Positions 17,998 to 27,759 of a DNA stretch of 64,000 bases are shown here, piece by piece. Origin of the DNA: Candidatus Woesearchaeota archaeon (GTDB lineage: Archaea > Nanobdellota > Nanobdellia > UBA10117 > ARS21); NCBI GenBank assembly GCA_964344605.1, contig CAYFNR010000003.1, positions 1,289-65,288 of the forward strand, written 5' to 3'. Both the position numbers and the translations under genes were made by a program. Each line of letters opens with the position of its first letter. The stretch's first letter is position 1. The notes beneath the pieces are model-generated. The model was not told the origin of the DNA, did not search any database, and saw only the letters and a list, made by a program, of their open reading frames with translations.

Positions 17998-19322
17998 ACA
18001 ACTTTACTTATTGCCTTCATGGCCCTGGAAGGTGTCGGATAAACTGGGACTCCATTTCTCTCCAATTTAAGAGTTATTTTTCTAGAGTAATCTGAACCTG
18101 CACCTATGCAGTAAAAAGGAGTTTTGTACTTCTTATTCAAACGAATTATCTCATCTGCTGCAGCTTCCCCCAATGTTGGAATCTGCCACAGAGCAATTAT
18201 TACAATTGCGTCGTATTCATCGGCCTTAAGTGCCGCTTCCAGCGCTTTAGAATATCTTTCGGCAGTCGCGTCTCCACTCAAATCCATTGGATTTTCCAGA
18301 ATGGTATATTCTGGGAAGTCTTTCAACTTCTTTGTTATATCCTTGGAAGGCAAAGGCAACTTCAAGCCATGTTCTGTCGCGGCATCGGCAGCCAAAATTC
18401 CAAATCCACCACCATCTGTCAAAATCAAGATTTTACTTCCCTTTGGAGTTGGCTGGAGATAAGCCTTTGCCACATCAAGCAAACTTTCCCAGTCCTCAAC
18501 TTGCGCTGCGCCAATCTGTCTCAGAGCTCCAGAGTAAACTTCGTAGGATCCGGCAAGAGACCCAGTATGTGATTGAATTGCTCTACCAGTTTCTTCGTGC
18601 CTCCCTGCTTTCAAAAGAACCACTGGTTTCTTAGAATTTCTACAAGCAGACATAAACTTTGGCCCATCTTTTACCGATTCCACATATCCCACAATCACAT
18701 CTGTTGACTTGTCTTTTGAAAGGAATTCTATCAAATCTGCTTCATTGACATCTATTGCGTTACCATAAGAGACAAACTTTGAAATGCCAATACTCTCATC
18801 TGCAAGAATGTCAAGTAAAATAGACCCAACTGCTCCAGATTGAGAAATTACACTTATCTTTCCCTTTCCAGGAAGTTTGAACCTTTCCAACGGCAAAAAC
18901 ACAGAGTTCGCATTTGAGAAAGCGTCGTATATCCCTAAACAGTTTGGTCCCACAACTCTCGTGCGACTTGCTTTCAAAATATCTTTTAAGTTTTGCTCAA
19001 GTTCAGTCTTTCCGATTTCGCTGAATCCACTGCTGATAATAACAACAGAAGATACCCCTTTCTCAACACAATCGCTAAGGACTTTCGGAACCACTGCAGC
19101 TGGAACTGCAACAACTGCATGGTCAATTTTCCCAGGATAATCCAAAACCGAAGAATAGCTCTTTTGTTTGAGGATTGTCTTTTCAGTCGGATTTATTGGG
19201 ATTACTGTGCCTTTCCAACCATAAAGAAAATTTCTGAAGATCGTGGCTCCAATTTTATTTGGGGCCTTGGATACACCAATAACAGCTACAATTTTTGGGT
19301 TGAAAAATGTATTCAGGCTCAT
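17994..19322 (-). CDS. acdA: ADP-forming acetyl-CoA synthetase, alpha (CoA-binding/ligase-CoA) subunit
   Basis: FFNPKIVAVIGVSKAPNKIGATIFRN CoA-binding N-terminus. GPNCLGI, SQSGAVGS and HTGSLAG (phosphohistidine region). Its stop overlaps the acdB stop (TTAG). Confidence 0.75.
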   Translation of the reverse strand: MSLNTFFNPKIVAVIGVSKAPNKIGATIFRNFLYGWKGTVIPINPTEKTILKQKSYSSVLDYPGKIDHAVVAVPAAVVPKVLSDCVEKGVSSVVIISSGFSEIGKTELEQNLKDILKASRTRVVGPNCLGIYDAFSNANSVFLPLERFKLPGKGKISVISQSGAVGSILLDILADESIGISKFVSYGNAIDVNEADLIEFLSKDKSTDVIVGYVESVKDGPKFMSACRNSKKPVVLLKAGRHEETGRAIQSHTGSLAGSYEVYSGALRQIGAAQVEDWESLLDVAKAYLQPTPKGSKILILTDGGGFGILAADAATEHGLKLPLPSKDITKKLKDFPEYTILENPMDLSGDATAERYSKALEAALKADEYDAIVIIALWQIPTLGEAAADEIIRLNKKYKTPFYCIGAGSDYSRKITLKLERNGVPVYPTPSRAMKAISKVV

Positions 19323-19403
19323 GATTTACTGTAGGCTTAAGTGTATAAAAGGTTTCTGAACAAATCCACATATTTATATATTTAGAACTATATTTTCTAC
19401 AAT

Positions 19404-20540
19404 ATGCTTGAAGAGTACTCCCCTCTTGATATGTTTCAAATTCTTGACATATCTGGGAGAGTAATAAACAAAAAGCACGAGCCAAAACTTTCTAAAGAAG
19501 AACTTCTGCGTGCTTACAAGTATCTTATTCTAACCAGGATGGCTGATGATAAAGCACTGGCTCTCCAAAGAACAGGTAGGATGGGAACATATGCCGAAAC
19601 CAAGGGAGAAGAAGCTGCGAGTGCCGGTCCAGCACTTGCTCTGGGCCCCAAAGACTGGGTTTTTCCATCTTACAGAGAACTCTGCATGGCACTCATGCGC
19701 GGTGTGCCCCTCAATGCACTGTACTCTTATTTCATGGGGAATGAAACTGGTTCGCAAATTCCGGACAATGTAAATTTCTTCACAATTTCCGTTCCAGTTG
19801 GAACCCAGATTCCACATGCAGTCGGAGTAGGCATGGCTTCCAATATTCTCAAAGACAAAATAGCAACTATGGTATATTTTGGAGATGGAGGAACGTCAGT
19901 GGGAGATTTTCACGAGTCCATGAACTTCGCTGGATTGTTTAAGGCACCGACGGTTTTCATTTGTAGGAACAACCAATACGCAATCTCACTCTCACGCAAA
20001 AAACAGACTGCGTCAAGAACAATTTCTCAGAAAGCCCTAGCCTATGGATTCCCTGGGATTTTAGTAGATGGAAATGATGTCCTTGCAATGTACGTTGCAG
20101 CAAAGTACGCGGTAGACAGGGCAAAATCAGGCAAAGGTCCCACTCTAATTGAGGCTTACACTTATCGATTAGGTAGACATACGACTGCAGACGATCCATC
20201 TCTTTACAGGTCAGAAAAAGAGGTCAAAGAATGGACAAAAAAAGATCCAATACCTAGGTTTGAGAAGTATCTAAGGGCAAAAAAAGTACTTACTCCAAAA
20301 ATAGAAAAAGAAACAAAAGCTTGGGCTGAGAAGGAAATTGCTGAGGCCATAAAGAAAGCTGAAGAGACTCCCACCCCAACCATCGACCAACTTTTCGATT
20401 ATATGTATGCCGAAGTCCCAACAAACTTAGAGGAACAAAAGGAGTATTTGAGGCGGTTTGTGTCTGAGGCTCCAGCCAAGGCAGGGCCTGAAGTTCAAAA
20501 GGAGGAAGTTGAAGAAAGTCCAGAGGGAGAAAATGCCTGA
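19404..20540 (+). CDS. 2-oxoacid (pyruvate/branched-chain) dehydrogenase E1 alpha subunit, TPP-dependent
   Basis: YRELCMAL, YFGDGGTSVGDFHESMNFA (TPP motif GDG...N), RNNQYAIS, YRLGRHTTADDP. Confidence 0.85.
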   Translation: MLEEYSPLDMFQILDISGRVINKKHEPKLSKEELLRAYKYLILTRMADDKALALQRTGRMGTYAETKGEEAASAGPALALGPKDWVFPSYRELCMALMRGVPLNALYSYFMGNETGSQIPDNVNFFTISVPVGTQIPHAVGVGMASNILKDKIATMVYFGDGGTSVGDFHESMNFAGLFKAPTVFICRNNQYAISLSRKKQTASRTISQKALAYGFPGILVDGNDVLAMYVAAKYAVDRAKSGKGPTLIEAYTYRLGRHTTADDPSLYRSEKEVKEWTKKDPIPRFEKYLRAKKVLTPKIEKETKAWAEKEIAEAIKKAEETPTPTIDQLFDYMYAEVPTNLEEQKEYLRRFVSEAPAKAGPEVQKEEVEESPEGENA

Positions 20541-21501
20541 ATTAAATATGGTCGAGGCCATCAACCAAGCACTCCATCAAGAGATGGAACGTGACAAAAG
20601 AGTTGTTTGCCTTGGTGAGGATGTTGGAAAAGAAGGTGGCGTATTTAGAGTAACTGCTGGTCTCCAGAAAAAATATGGAGAAGAGAGAGTTATGGATACT
20701 CCTTTAGCAGAGTCCGCCATAGTCGGCACATCTATTGGAATGGCTGCTTACGGACTTCGCCCCGTTGCTGAGATTCAATTTTCTGGATTTATTTATCCCG
20801 CATTTGACCAACTGGCAAGCCACGCAGGAAGAATTAGGAATCGTTCGCGTGGAAAATACAGCGCGCCGTTGGTTGTTAGGGTCCCTTGCAGCGGGGGAGT
20901 CAAAGCCCTGGATCATCACGCAGAAAGTTATGAAGCACTGTTCGCACATACTCCTGGCCTAAAAGTTGTTATGCCTTCAAGGCCTTATGATGCTAAAGGT
21001 CTTTTGATATCAGCAATTAGAGATCCTGATCCAGTAATATTTATGGAACCAAAGAGAGTATATCGGGCTCTGAAAGAAGAAGTTCCCGAAGAAATATACA
21101 CTATACCTCTGGGAAAGGCAAATATAATAAAAGAGGGGACTGATTTTACTATTGTGTCCTGGGGAGCAATGGTAAAAACTGTCTTAGAAACACTCAGCAA
21201 CTTAAATTATAATGCCGAAGTAATAGACTTGCGCACAATTTCTCCATGGGACAAAGAAGCAGTAATAAATTCTGTCAAAAAAACAGGACGTCTTGTAATT
21301 GTCAGCGAAGCAGTAAGAACGGGGAATTTCGCAAGCGAGATTATTGCTGAAGTCAACGACAAAGCTCTGCTTAATCTTGATGCTCCAGTTGAAAGAGTAA
21401 CTGGCTTTGACATACCTTTCCCGCTGTTCAAATCGGAATTCAAAGTCCTCCCATCTGAAGAGAGAATAAAAGCAGCAATTGAGAAGGTGATGGACTACTA
21501 A
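20533..21501 (+). CDS. 2-oxoacid dehydrogenase E1 beta subunit
   Basis: MPELNMVEAINQAL...GEDVGKEGGVFRVT..DTPLAESAIVG. Start at ATG 20533 is preceded by GAGGGAGA and overlaps the E1alpha stop by 8 nt. Confidence 0.85.
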   Translation: MPELNMVEAINQALHQEMERDKRVVCLGEDVGKEGGVFRVTAGLQKKYGEERVMDTPLAESAIVGTSIGMAAYGLRPVAEIQFSGFIYPAFDQLASHAGRIRNRSRGKYSAPLVVRVPCSGGVKALDHHAESYEALFAHTPGLKVVMPSRPYDAKGLLISAIRDPDPVIFMEPKRVYRALKEEVPEEIYTIPLGKANIIKEGTDFTIVSWGAMVKTVLETLSNLNYNAEVIDLRTISPWDKEAVINSVKKTGRLVIVSEAVRTGNFASEIIAEVNDKALLNLDAPVERVTGFDIPFPLFKSEFKVLPSEERIKAAIEKVMDY

Positions 21502-22988
21502 TGGTATACGAATTCAAGTTTCCGGACGTAGGTGAGGGAATAACGAAAGGAACAGTCGTAGCTTGGGCAGTTAAGGAAGGTAATTATGTTAAAGAGGACC
21601 AAACAATAGGTCAAATCGAGACCGACAAAGCCGTAGTTGACATGCCTAGCCCAAAAACCGGAACTATAGAAAAACTACACATCAAGGAAGGTGGTGAAGT
21701 CAAAGTTGGGGAAACCTTAGTATCAATTAAAGAGGAAGGAGGACCCTCAAAACCTCCTGAAGAGCCTGCCAAAAAAGGGGAAGAGGCGGTCGAAAAGAAG
21801 GGAAAGAAAAAACCAGCTCCAAGTGTTGTTGGTGAGTTAGAGGTAGCCGAGGAAAAGACTGCCTTATTTGGCCCTGCACCCACAAAAACCGAAGAATCTC
21901 CAAAACCTTCTAAAGTGCTTGCCACGCCAAAAGTAAGACAGTTGGCCAAACAGAAAGGGATTGATATCTCTCAAGTTAGAGGGACTGGCCCAGAAGGTAG
22001 TGTTACAGAATCTGATTTAGGTGGAGCCCCAGCTGCCGCCGCGCCGGCTGGAGGACAAACCACATTCAAGTTATCAACTAAATCTGGAGACACAATTGAA
22101 ATCAAAGCAACAGGTCTACAATCTGTAGACATCAAAGAAGGTAATTCAAACTCCACAACCTCTGAAGCTCCCATTAGAGAAAGTACAGAAAACTCGGACG
22201 AAGAACCAAAAGCCACCGTAAAAAAGAAGTACGATGATTATGGATATATTGAAAGAGTCCCATTCACGGGCGTAAGAAAAGCCATTGCAGAAAATCTTAG
22301 AAAGAGTATAGAAGGTGCAGTACACGTTACCGGAATGGAAGATATTGATGTGACAGAACTTATTGCCATACAAAAAAAGGACTCAAAAAAAGCTAATAAG
22401 AAGGGAGTTAAATTAACATTCTTGCCTTACATAACAAGAGCTGCCATTATTGCTTTAGAGAAAATTCCCATATTGAATGCATCGCTTGATGAAGAAAACG
22501 ACGAGATAATTTTGAAGAAGTATTATAATATGGGCTACGCCGTAGCCACAGAAGCCGGGCTTATGGTTGTAGTTGTGAAGAGAGCAAGGCACAAAACGCT
22601 CTATCTGATTGCCAAAGAAATTCATGACCTCGCAAAAAAAGCAAGGGAAAGAAAAATTGATTTGCTTGACTTGAGGGGGAGCAGCTTTACAATAACAAAT
22701 TATGGTTCAATTGGCGGCAACTACGCAACACCTATAATTAATCCAGGAGAATCTGCAATATTGGGCATTGGAAGAATCGAAAAGAAACCCGTTGTCGTCG
22801 GTAACAAAGTGAAAATAAGATATATCTTGCCAGTTAGCCTAACCTTTGACCACAGAATTGCTGATGGGGCAGATGCTGCATATTTTCTACAGTATTTGAG
22901 AGAAGAATTGGAACATCCAAAAGACTTACTCGAGTCTAAATGGCAAAAGAAGTTCAAAGATAAAAGTGAGATTTTTGACATCAGCTAA
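21501..22988 (+). CDS. 2-oxoacid dehydrogenase E2 (dihydrolipoamide acyltransferase)
   Basis: Lipoyl domain (IETDKAVVDMPSP), peripheral-subunit-binding domain (ATPKVRQLAKQKGIDISQVRGTGPEGSVTESD), catalytic DHRIADGA. TAATG overlap with E1beta. Confidence 0.85.
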   Translation: MVYEFKFPDVGEGITKGTVVAWAVKEGNYVKEDQTIGQIETDKAVVDMPSPKTGTIEKLHIKEGGEVKVGETLVSIKEEGGPSKPPEEPAKKGEEAVEKKGKKKPAPSVVGELEVAEEKTALFGPAPTKTEESPKPSKVLATPKVRQLAKQKGIDISQVRGTGPEGSVTESDLGGAPAAAAPAGGQTTFKLSTKSGDTIEIKATGLQSVDIKEGNSNSTTSEAPIRESTENSDEEPKATVKKKYDDYGYIERVPFTGVRKAIAENLRKSIEGAVHVTGMEDIDVTELIAIQKKDSKKANKKGVKLTFLPYITRAAIIALEKIPILNASLDEENDEIILKKYYNMGYAVATEAGLMVVVVKRARHKTLYLIAKEIHDLAKKARERKIDLLDLRGSSFTITNYGSIGGNYATPIINPGESAILGIGRIEKKPVVVGNKVKIRYILPVSLTFDHRIADGADAAYFLQYLREELEHPKDLLESKWQKKFKDKSEIFDIS

Positions 22989-23838
22989 CCAGATTTTTAA
23001 TCATTTGAACAACTAGTTTAGAGGTTTTATCATTAACATCTCTTCTAGGATTAACTTCAACAAAATCGGCTGAAATAACTTTTGAAGAAGGAACAAGTTT
23101 CATCGCTGCCAATATTTCTTTTTTTGACAAGCCTCCTTCTGCTGGAGTTGAAACTCCTGGAGCATATTTTGGATCAACAGCATCCAAATCAACACTTAAA
23201 TGAAAACCTTTTGTGCCATTACTTGCTATTTTTACAGCCCTTTTCATAACTTTCTCAACTCCCAATCTTTTCACTTTTTTACTTGGGAAAACCTTAATCC
23301 TGGACTTCCTCAAAAGTCTCTTCTCTTCCCTATCTAGATCTCTAATGCTAATCATGACGATATTCTTCGGGTTTACAACTCTGCCTGGAGTCAGCATTTT
23401 TGCCTCCGTTGCAAGTTCAGAAAGAACCATACCATGTATGTTTCCAGAGGGAGTTGTTCCAGGAGTATTGTAATCTCCATGCGCATCAAAATATATGATT
23501 CCAATTTTATTTCCTTTCGCAATCTCATTTATGTAGCATATCGTTATACTATGATCACCTCCCAAAACCACTGGGAAGTATTTATCAGAAAAACAATCTT
23601 TGTGCTTGGAAAGATTTAAGCAAGTCGTAGCTATGCTTGACAAGTGCTTCTTAGTAAGCTGGCCTTTTGTGTGCCGAGACGGCACCGGAACATTTCCAAA
23701 ATCCACATAATCAACCTTCAACTTCCTCAGCGCAGGAAGTAGAAACTTGCGGATTCTATTCGGTGCATAGCGTGCTCCAACTACATTTGCTCCCAAATCA
23801 GAAGGTATTCCCAAAAGAGATAACTTTTTCTTAATCAT
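22981..23838 (-). CDS. Arginase-family ureohydrolase (arginase/formiminoglutamase-like)
   Basis: GGDHSITI, YFDAHGDYNTP, LSVDLDAVDPKYAPGVSTP. Start placed at MIKKKLSLLGIPSD (ATG 23838), 8 nt into the lplA 3' end. The longer track ORF (to 23973) is rejected. Confidence 0.75.
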   Translation of the reverse strand: MIKKKLSLLGIPSDLGANVVGARYAPNRIRKFLLPALRKLKVDYVDFGNVPVPSRHTKGQLTKKHLSSIATTCLNLSKHKDCFSDKYFPVVLGGDHSITICYINEIAKGNKIGIIYFDAHGDYNTPGTTPSGNIHGMVLSELATEAKMLTPGRVVNPKNIVMISIRDLDREEKRLLRKSRIKVFPSKKVKRLGVEKVMKRAVKIASNGTKGFHLSVDLDAVDPKYAPGVSTPAEGGLSKKEILAAMKLVPSSKVISADFVEVNPRRDVNDKTSKLVVQMIKNLVS

Positions 23839-24646
23839 CTTTCTCAGTGTACTTCTCCATATTATACTCAGTTGAAGGTAAATAACATATCCCAAACTTT
23901 TTCTTTCCGGAGCCAAACTTCTTTGGATTTGTGTAGAATTCTTTGTAAAGTCTTTTTGCCAATTTAATCTCATCGGAAGTAAAATCTTTTTTCACGAACG
24001 AGCCATTTCCTGGTAAGTTTCTATTAAATGCTCTAACCATCTTCTTTTCTTGTACTTGACGCATCTGTCTGAGCCAAAGATTCCCTTTATGTAGATCTTC
24101 CAAATTTTCTTCCGAAGCCTTTAGAGCCTGTGGCATATGTATATAGTCAAAGTTGTCAACCAAAACAGTCCCATGGTGTAAAAGTAAATTTTTGAACCTA
24201 CGCTGAGCATCAAAAACTGAGTGCTTGTTATTCTCCATCCTTATAACTGGATGATTATCTTCTACTTTCAAATTCGAATGAAATCCCACATCTTGTAGGG
24301 CTTTTATTATCTTCAAATTTATGTCTTTGAGTAGATCTTTAGAATAATTTTGTGGAAGCAGTAATGAATATTGCATGTCATTTTTTCCAAGGTAAACACT
24401 TCCACCTCCAGTAGTTCGCATAGTTACATCAACACCAACTTGCTTACAAAAATCAGAATCTATTTCCGAAATATTCTGCATATATCCCAAAACAACAGAT
24501 GGTTTAGAGAAGGAGTAAAGCTTCACAACTGGCTGTATTTCTTTTCCTTTCAACAAATCTTCTTTCCTTCTTAGAAAAAGCGCCTCCTCCAAAGCCAAAT
24601 TCCAAGCTGCACTCGTCCGCTGGTGAGGGATGATCCTAACTTTCAT
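23831..24646 (-). CDS. lplA: Lipoate-protein ligase A family protein
   Basis: BPL/LplA/LipB-type motifs: AWNLALEEALF, KPSVVLGYMQ, MRTTGGGSVYLG, LLHHGTVLV. Confidence 0.7.
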   Translation of the reverse strand: MKVRIIPHQRTSAAWNLALEEALFLRRKEDLLKGKEIQPVVKLYSFSKPSVVLGYMQNISEIDSDFCKQVGVDVTMRTTGGGSVYLGKNDMQYSLLLPQNYSKDLLKDINLKIIKALQDVGFHSNLKVEDNHPVIRMENNKHSVFDAQRRFKNLLLHHGTVLVDNFDYIHMPQALKASEENLEDLHKGNLWLRQMRQVQEKKMVRAFNRNLPGNGSFVKKDFTSDEIKLAKRLYKEFYTNPKKFGSGKKKFGICYLPSTEYNMEKYTEKDD

Positions 24647-26093
24647 CTTTCATTTGTGCCTTTTGCAACTTCCCTGAAAAGTCGACATACACTGTTTTAG
24701 TGTCGGAAAACTCATTTATTCCTTCTATGCCTGCTTCCTTAGTCCCCCCCGTTCCCTTTACTCCACCAAAAGGCAAGTGAACTTCTGAGCCGATGGTTGA
24801 ACTATTAATATAAGTCAAGCCAGATTCAATGTCCCTCATAGCCCTAAATGCAATATCTACTTTTTTAGTGTATATGGATGATGATAATCCAAACTCAATG
24901 GAGTTTGCGGCCTTTATTGCCTCATCCAAACCGTTTACAGGTATTATGGCCAGCACAGGTCCAAAAATTTCTTCCTGGGAAATCTTTGCCGACGGTTTTA
25001 CTTCAGTAAATATTGTTGGCTTATAGAAAAATCCCTTGTCTTTAATTGCACTACCTCCACAAAGCATCTTTCCTTCCTTTTTGCCAATTTTTACATAACT
25101 TTCAACTTTTTCTACGGCCGATTTGTTAATTAAAGGTCCAACTTCATATTTCAAACCACTTCCTATTTTCAATTTCGTTGTCCGTTCCACCAATCTTTTT
25201 TCAAACTCCTCTTTCACTTTTCGGTGCACTATAACTCTGGACGCAGCTGTACATCGTTGGCCTGTGGTTCCAAAGGCACCCCATAAAACTCCTTCCAAAG
25301 CCAGGTCCAAATCAGCATCATCCATAACTATTATTGGATTTTTGCCCCCCAGCTCAAGCCCAACTTTTTTCAGTCCAGCATTGGCCTTAATGAATTCTCC
25401 AGTGCTCTTGTTACCGGTAAAAGAAATTCCTCTCAAATCTTTGTGTTTAACCATTGGCACTCCAACGTCTCGGCCGGAACCAGTAATTAAGCTAATTACA
25501 CCTTTGGGAACCCCAACCTTCTCGAAAACCTTAACAAACTCAATTGCAGTCAAAGGAGTGTCAGAGCTGGGTTTGAAGACGACGGAGTTCCCGCAAACTA
25601 AAGCGGGAGCCATCTTCCAAGCAGGTATTGCAATTGGGAAATTCCAAGGAGTTATGAGGCCCACGGGGCCAAGAGGCATACGGATAGTCATGGCGAATTT
25701 ATCGCGAAGTTCAGACGTGGTCGTATGACCATAAAGTCGTCGGCCCTCTCCAGCCATGTACTCAAGAATATCAATAGCTTCCTGAACATCTGAGATCCCT
25801 TCAGAAATTTGCTTGCCCATCTCATTTGTAACAAACCTACCATATCTCCTCTTGTTCTGACGCAGATAATCGGCCGCTTTTTGCAAGTATCTTCCGCGCT
25901 CAGGAGGAGGAACCAAACGCCATTCTTCGTAAGCTTTTTGCGCAGCCTTCACAGCAAGATCGACGTCTCTTTTATCGCTCTTCTGAAAATTTCCAAGAGA
26001 CTTTTCATTGGCAGGATTCAAGGACTTAAACGTTTCTCCCGTATGGCTCGAAACCCACTTACCCCCCATATAATTACCGTATGTCTTTACCAT
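24636..26093 (-). CDS. NAD(P)-dependent aldehyde dehydrogenase
   Basis: ITPWNFP, FTGNKSTG, ELGGKNP, catalytic GQRCTAASR, EEIFGPVL. Confidence 0.85.
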   Translation of the reverse strand: MVKTYGNYMGGKWVSSHTGETFKSLNPANEKSLGNFQKSDKRDVDLAVKAAQKAYEEWRLVPPPERGRYLQKAADYLRQNKRRYGRFVTNEMGKQISEGISDVQEAIDILEYMAGEGRRLYGHTTTSELRDKFAMTIRMPLGPVGLITPWNFPIAIPAWKMAPALVCGNSVVFKPSSDTPLTAIEFVKVFEKVGVPKGVISLITGSGRDVGVPMVKHKDLRGISFTGNKSTGEFIKANAGLKKVGLELGGKNPIIVMDDADLDLALEGVLWGAFGTTGQRCTAASRVIVHRKVKEEFEKRLVERTTKLKIGSGLKYEVGPLINKSAVEKVESYVKIGKKEGKMLCGGSAIKDKGFFYKPTIFTEVKPSAKISQEEIFGPVLAIIPVNGLDEAIKAANSIEFGLSSSIYTKKVDIAFRAMRDIESGLTYINSSTIGSEVHLPFGGVKGTGGTKEAGIEGINEFSDTKTVYVDFSGKLQKAQMKDES

Positions 26094-27250
26094 CTTCTTT
26101 TTATGAACATCTCAATCCTTCTCAACGCCTCCTCAATTAGTTTATAATCTGTAGCATAACTAAATCTAACAAAACCTTCTCCAAATTTGCCGAACTCAGT
26201 ACCGGGTATACCTGCCACTTTAGCTTGATTCAAGAGCATGTCAGTAAAATCATAGCTTTTCTTTCCGTAGGCTTTTACATTAGAAAAAGCGTAGAATGCT
26301 CCTTTTGGCCTAACTGTCGGGAGGCCCACCTCATTCAAGCGGTTGACAATGAACTTACGTCGACGATCATATTCCTTCCTCATACGTTCTGTATGAATAC
26401 TAGATAGTTGTAGGGCTTTAGTAGCCATCATTTGAGAAATCGTTGGAGAAGTTAAAGTTGTATAAATATGTGAGTCAGTCATGGACTTAATCAAATTCTT
26501 TGGGCCAGAAGTATAACCTAATCTGAAACCACACATTGCATAGCTCTTGGAAAAAGTGTGGAAAGTTACGGCATGGTCTTTCACTCCATTCAAAGAAGCA
26601 AAGGAAACGTGTTTTACATCGTCATATATCAAATGTTCATAAGCTTCATCGCTCAGAACATACATATCATTCTCCACCACAATGTCCGCAATTTCTTCCA
26701 AGGTTTTTTTCCTAATTATTCCCCCTGTTGGGTTTGATGGCGAATTCAGAATTAAAGCTGTGGTCTTTTTTGGAACAATTGCATCCCTAACATCATCTGG
26801 AATTATCTCCCACTTGTTTTCTTCCCTAAGCTCAACTGCCACAGGAAAACCGTTAATTAGCTCAACTGACGGAACATACGCTAGGAAACTAGGATTGGGA
26901 ATGATCACCTGCTCTCCAACATCAACTGTGCAAAGTAAGGAAAGAAGAATGGCCTCTGTAGATCCAGTGGTAACGATTACATTTTCTGGTTTAGCATTGA
27001 TTTTATTATCGCTTTTCAGTTTCTTAATAATCTCTTCTTTGAGTTCAGACCTGCCTTCTGGTGGAGAATAATGCGTTCCAACTCCTTTCTTCAAAAGTTT
27101 TGCACCGTAATCCAAAATCGGTTGTGGAGTTGGAAAATCCGGCTCACCTGGACCAAGAGAAATTATATCTTTAGACTCAACAGCTATTTTAAGCAATTTG
27201 CCGATTATTTGAGGAGGTAATTGGCTCTGCCTTTCGGAAATGTGAGTCAT
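26087..27250 (-). CDS. Class I/II (aspartate-type) PLP aminotransferase
   Basis: LILNSPSNPTG, SDEAYEHLIYD, TFSKSYAMCGFRLGY (PLP lysine), FVRFSYA. Confidence 0.85.
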   Translation of the reverse strand: MTHISERQSQLPPQIIGKLLKIAVESKDIISLGPGEPDFPTPQPILDYGAKLLKKGVGTHYSPPEGRSELKEEIIKKLKSDNKINAKPENVIVTTGSTEAILLSLLCTVDVGEQVIIPNPSFLAYVPSVELINGFPVAVELREENKWEIIPDDVRDAIVPKKTTALILNSPSNPTGGIIRKKTLEEIADIVVENDMYVLSDEAYEHLIYDDVKHVSFASLNGVKDHAVTFHTFSKSYAMCGFRLGYTSGPKNLIKSMTDSHIYTTLTSPTISQMMATKALQLSSIHTERMRKEYDRRRKFIVNRLNEVGLPTVRPKGAFYAFSNVKAYGKKSYDFTDMLLNQAKVAGIPGTEFGKFGEGFVRFSYATDYKLIEEALRRIEMFIKRRW

Positions 27251-27333
27251 AAGAATAGGATGTATTTGTTTTATATAAAATATATGTTTGGCTAAACGGA
27301 AAGGATTTTAATTAATCAGTCACTCAAAGTAAC

Positions 27334-27759
27334 ATGAAAGATGTTAAGATTTTTCTGTTGCTCGTGGCAACTATTTTAGTAAGTGGATGTGTTGGCCAAA
27401 CGCCAGCCTACAAACCAGCGGCACCTGAAGTCCCAGAAATAGAACATGAAATACCTGCGGCCGCACCAGGGGCACCAGCTCCTTCTACCAAAGAGTTTAC
27501 AGTAAAAGCATCAGATTTTAAGTTTGAACCAGATAACCTGGCTGTTAATCAAGGAGATACAATAAAAATTACAGTAATGAACGAACAGGGATATCACAAC
27601 CTTTTCATCGAAGGCTATAACCAAAGAACAGACATGGCTTCCGCTCCAGACTTGCAAAATTTGGAATTCGTTGCAGATCAATCTGGAACATTCGACTTTT
27701 GGTGCGAAGTTAGTGGACACAAAGCTTTAGGAATGGAAGGACAACTAGAAGTTAATTGA
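27334..27759 (+). CDS. Cupredoxin (plastocyanin/halocyanin-like blue copper) lipoprotein
   Basis: Lipobox-like LVSGC. Type-1 Cu ligand pattern GYHN ... FWCEVSGHKALGM (His, Cys, His, Met). Confidence 0.75.
   Translation: MKDVKIFLLLVATILVSGCVGQTPAYKPAAPEVPEIEHEIPAAAPGAPAPSTKEFTVKASDFKFEPDNLAVNQGDTIKITVMNEQGYHNLFIEGYNQRTDMASAPDLQNLEFVADQSGTFDFWCEVSGHKALGMEGQLEVN

Noticed and set aside
20458-20532. N-terminal extensions suggested by the ORF track: E1beta from 20458, arginase to 23973, ppa from 37538, rrp41 from 50165, pduO from 60258, glyS to 62514, aIF5A from 10075, rrp4 from 49471 and acdB from 17365.
   Set aside because: The extensions are non-conserved-looking or hydrophobic junk overlapping the upstream gene or promoter. 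The internal ATGs align with family N-termini and with SD or TATA spacing.
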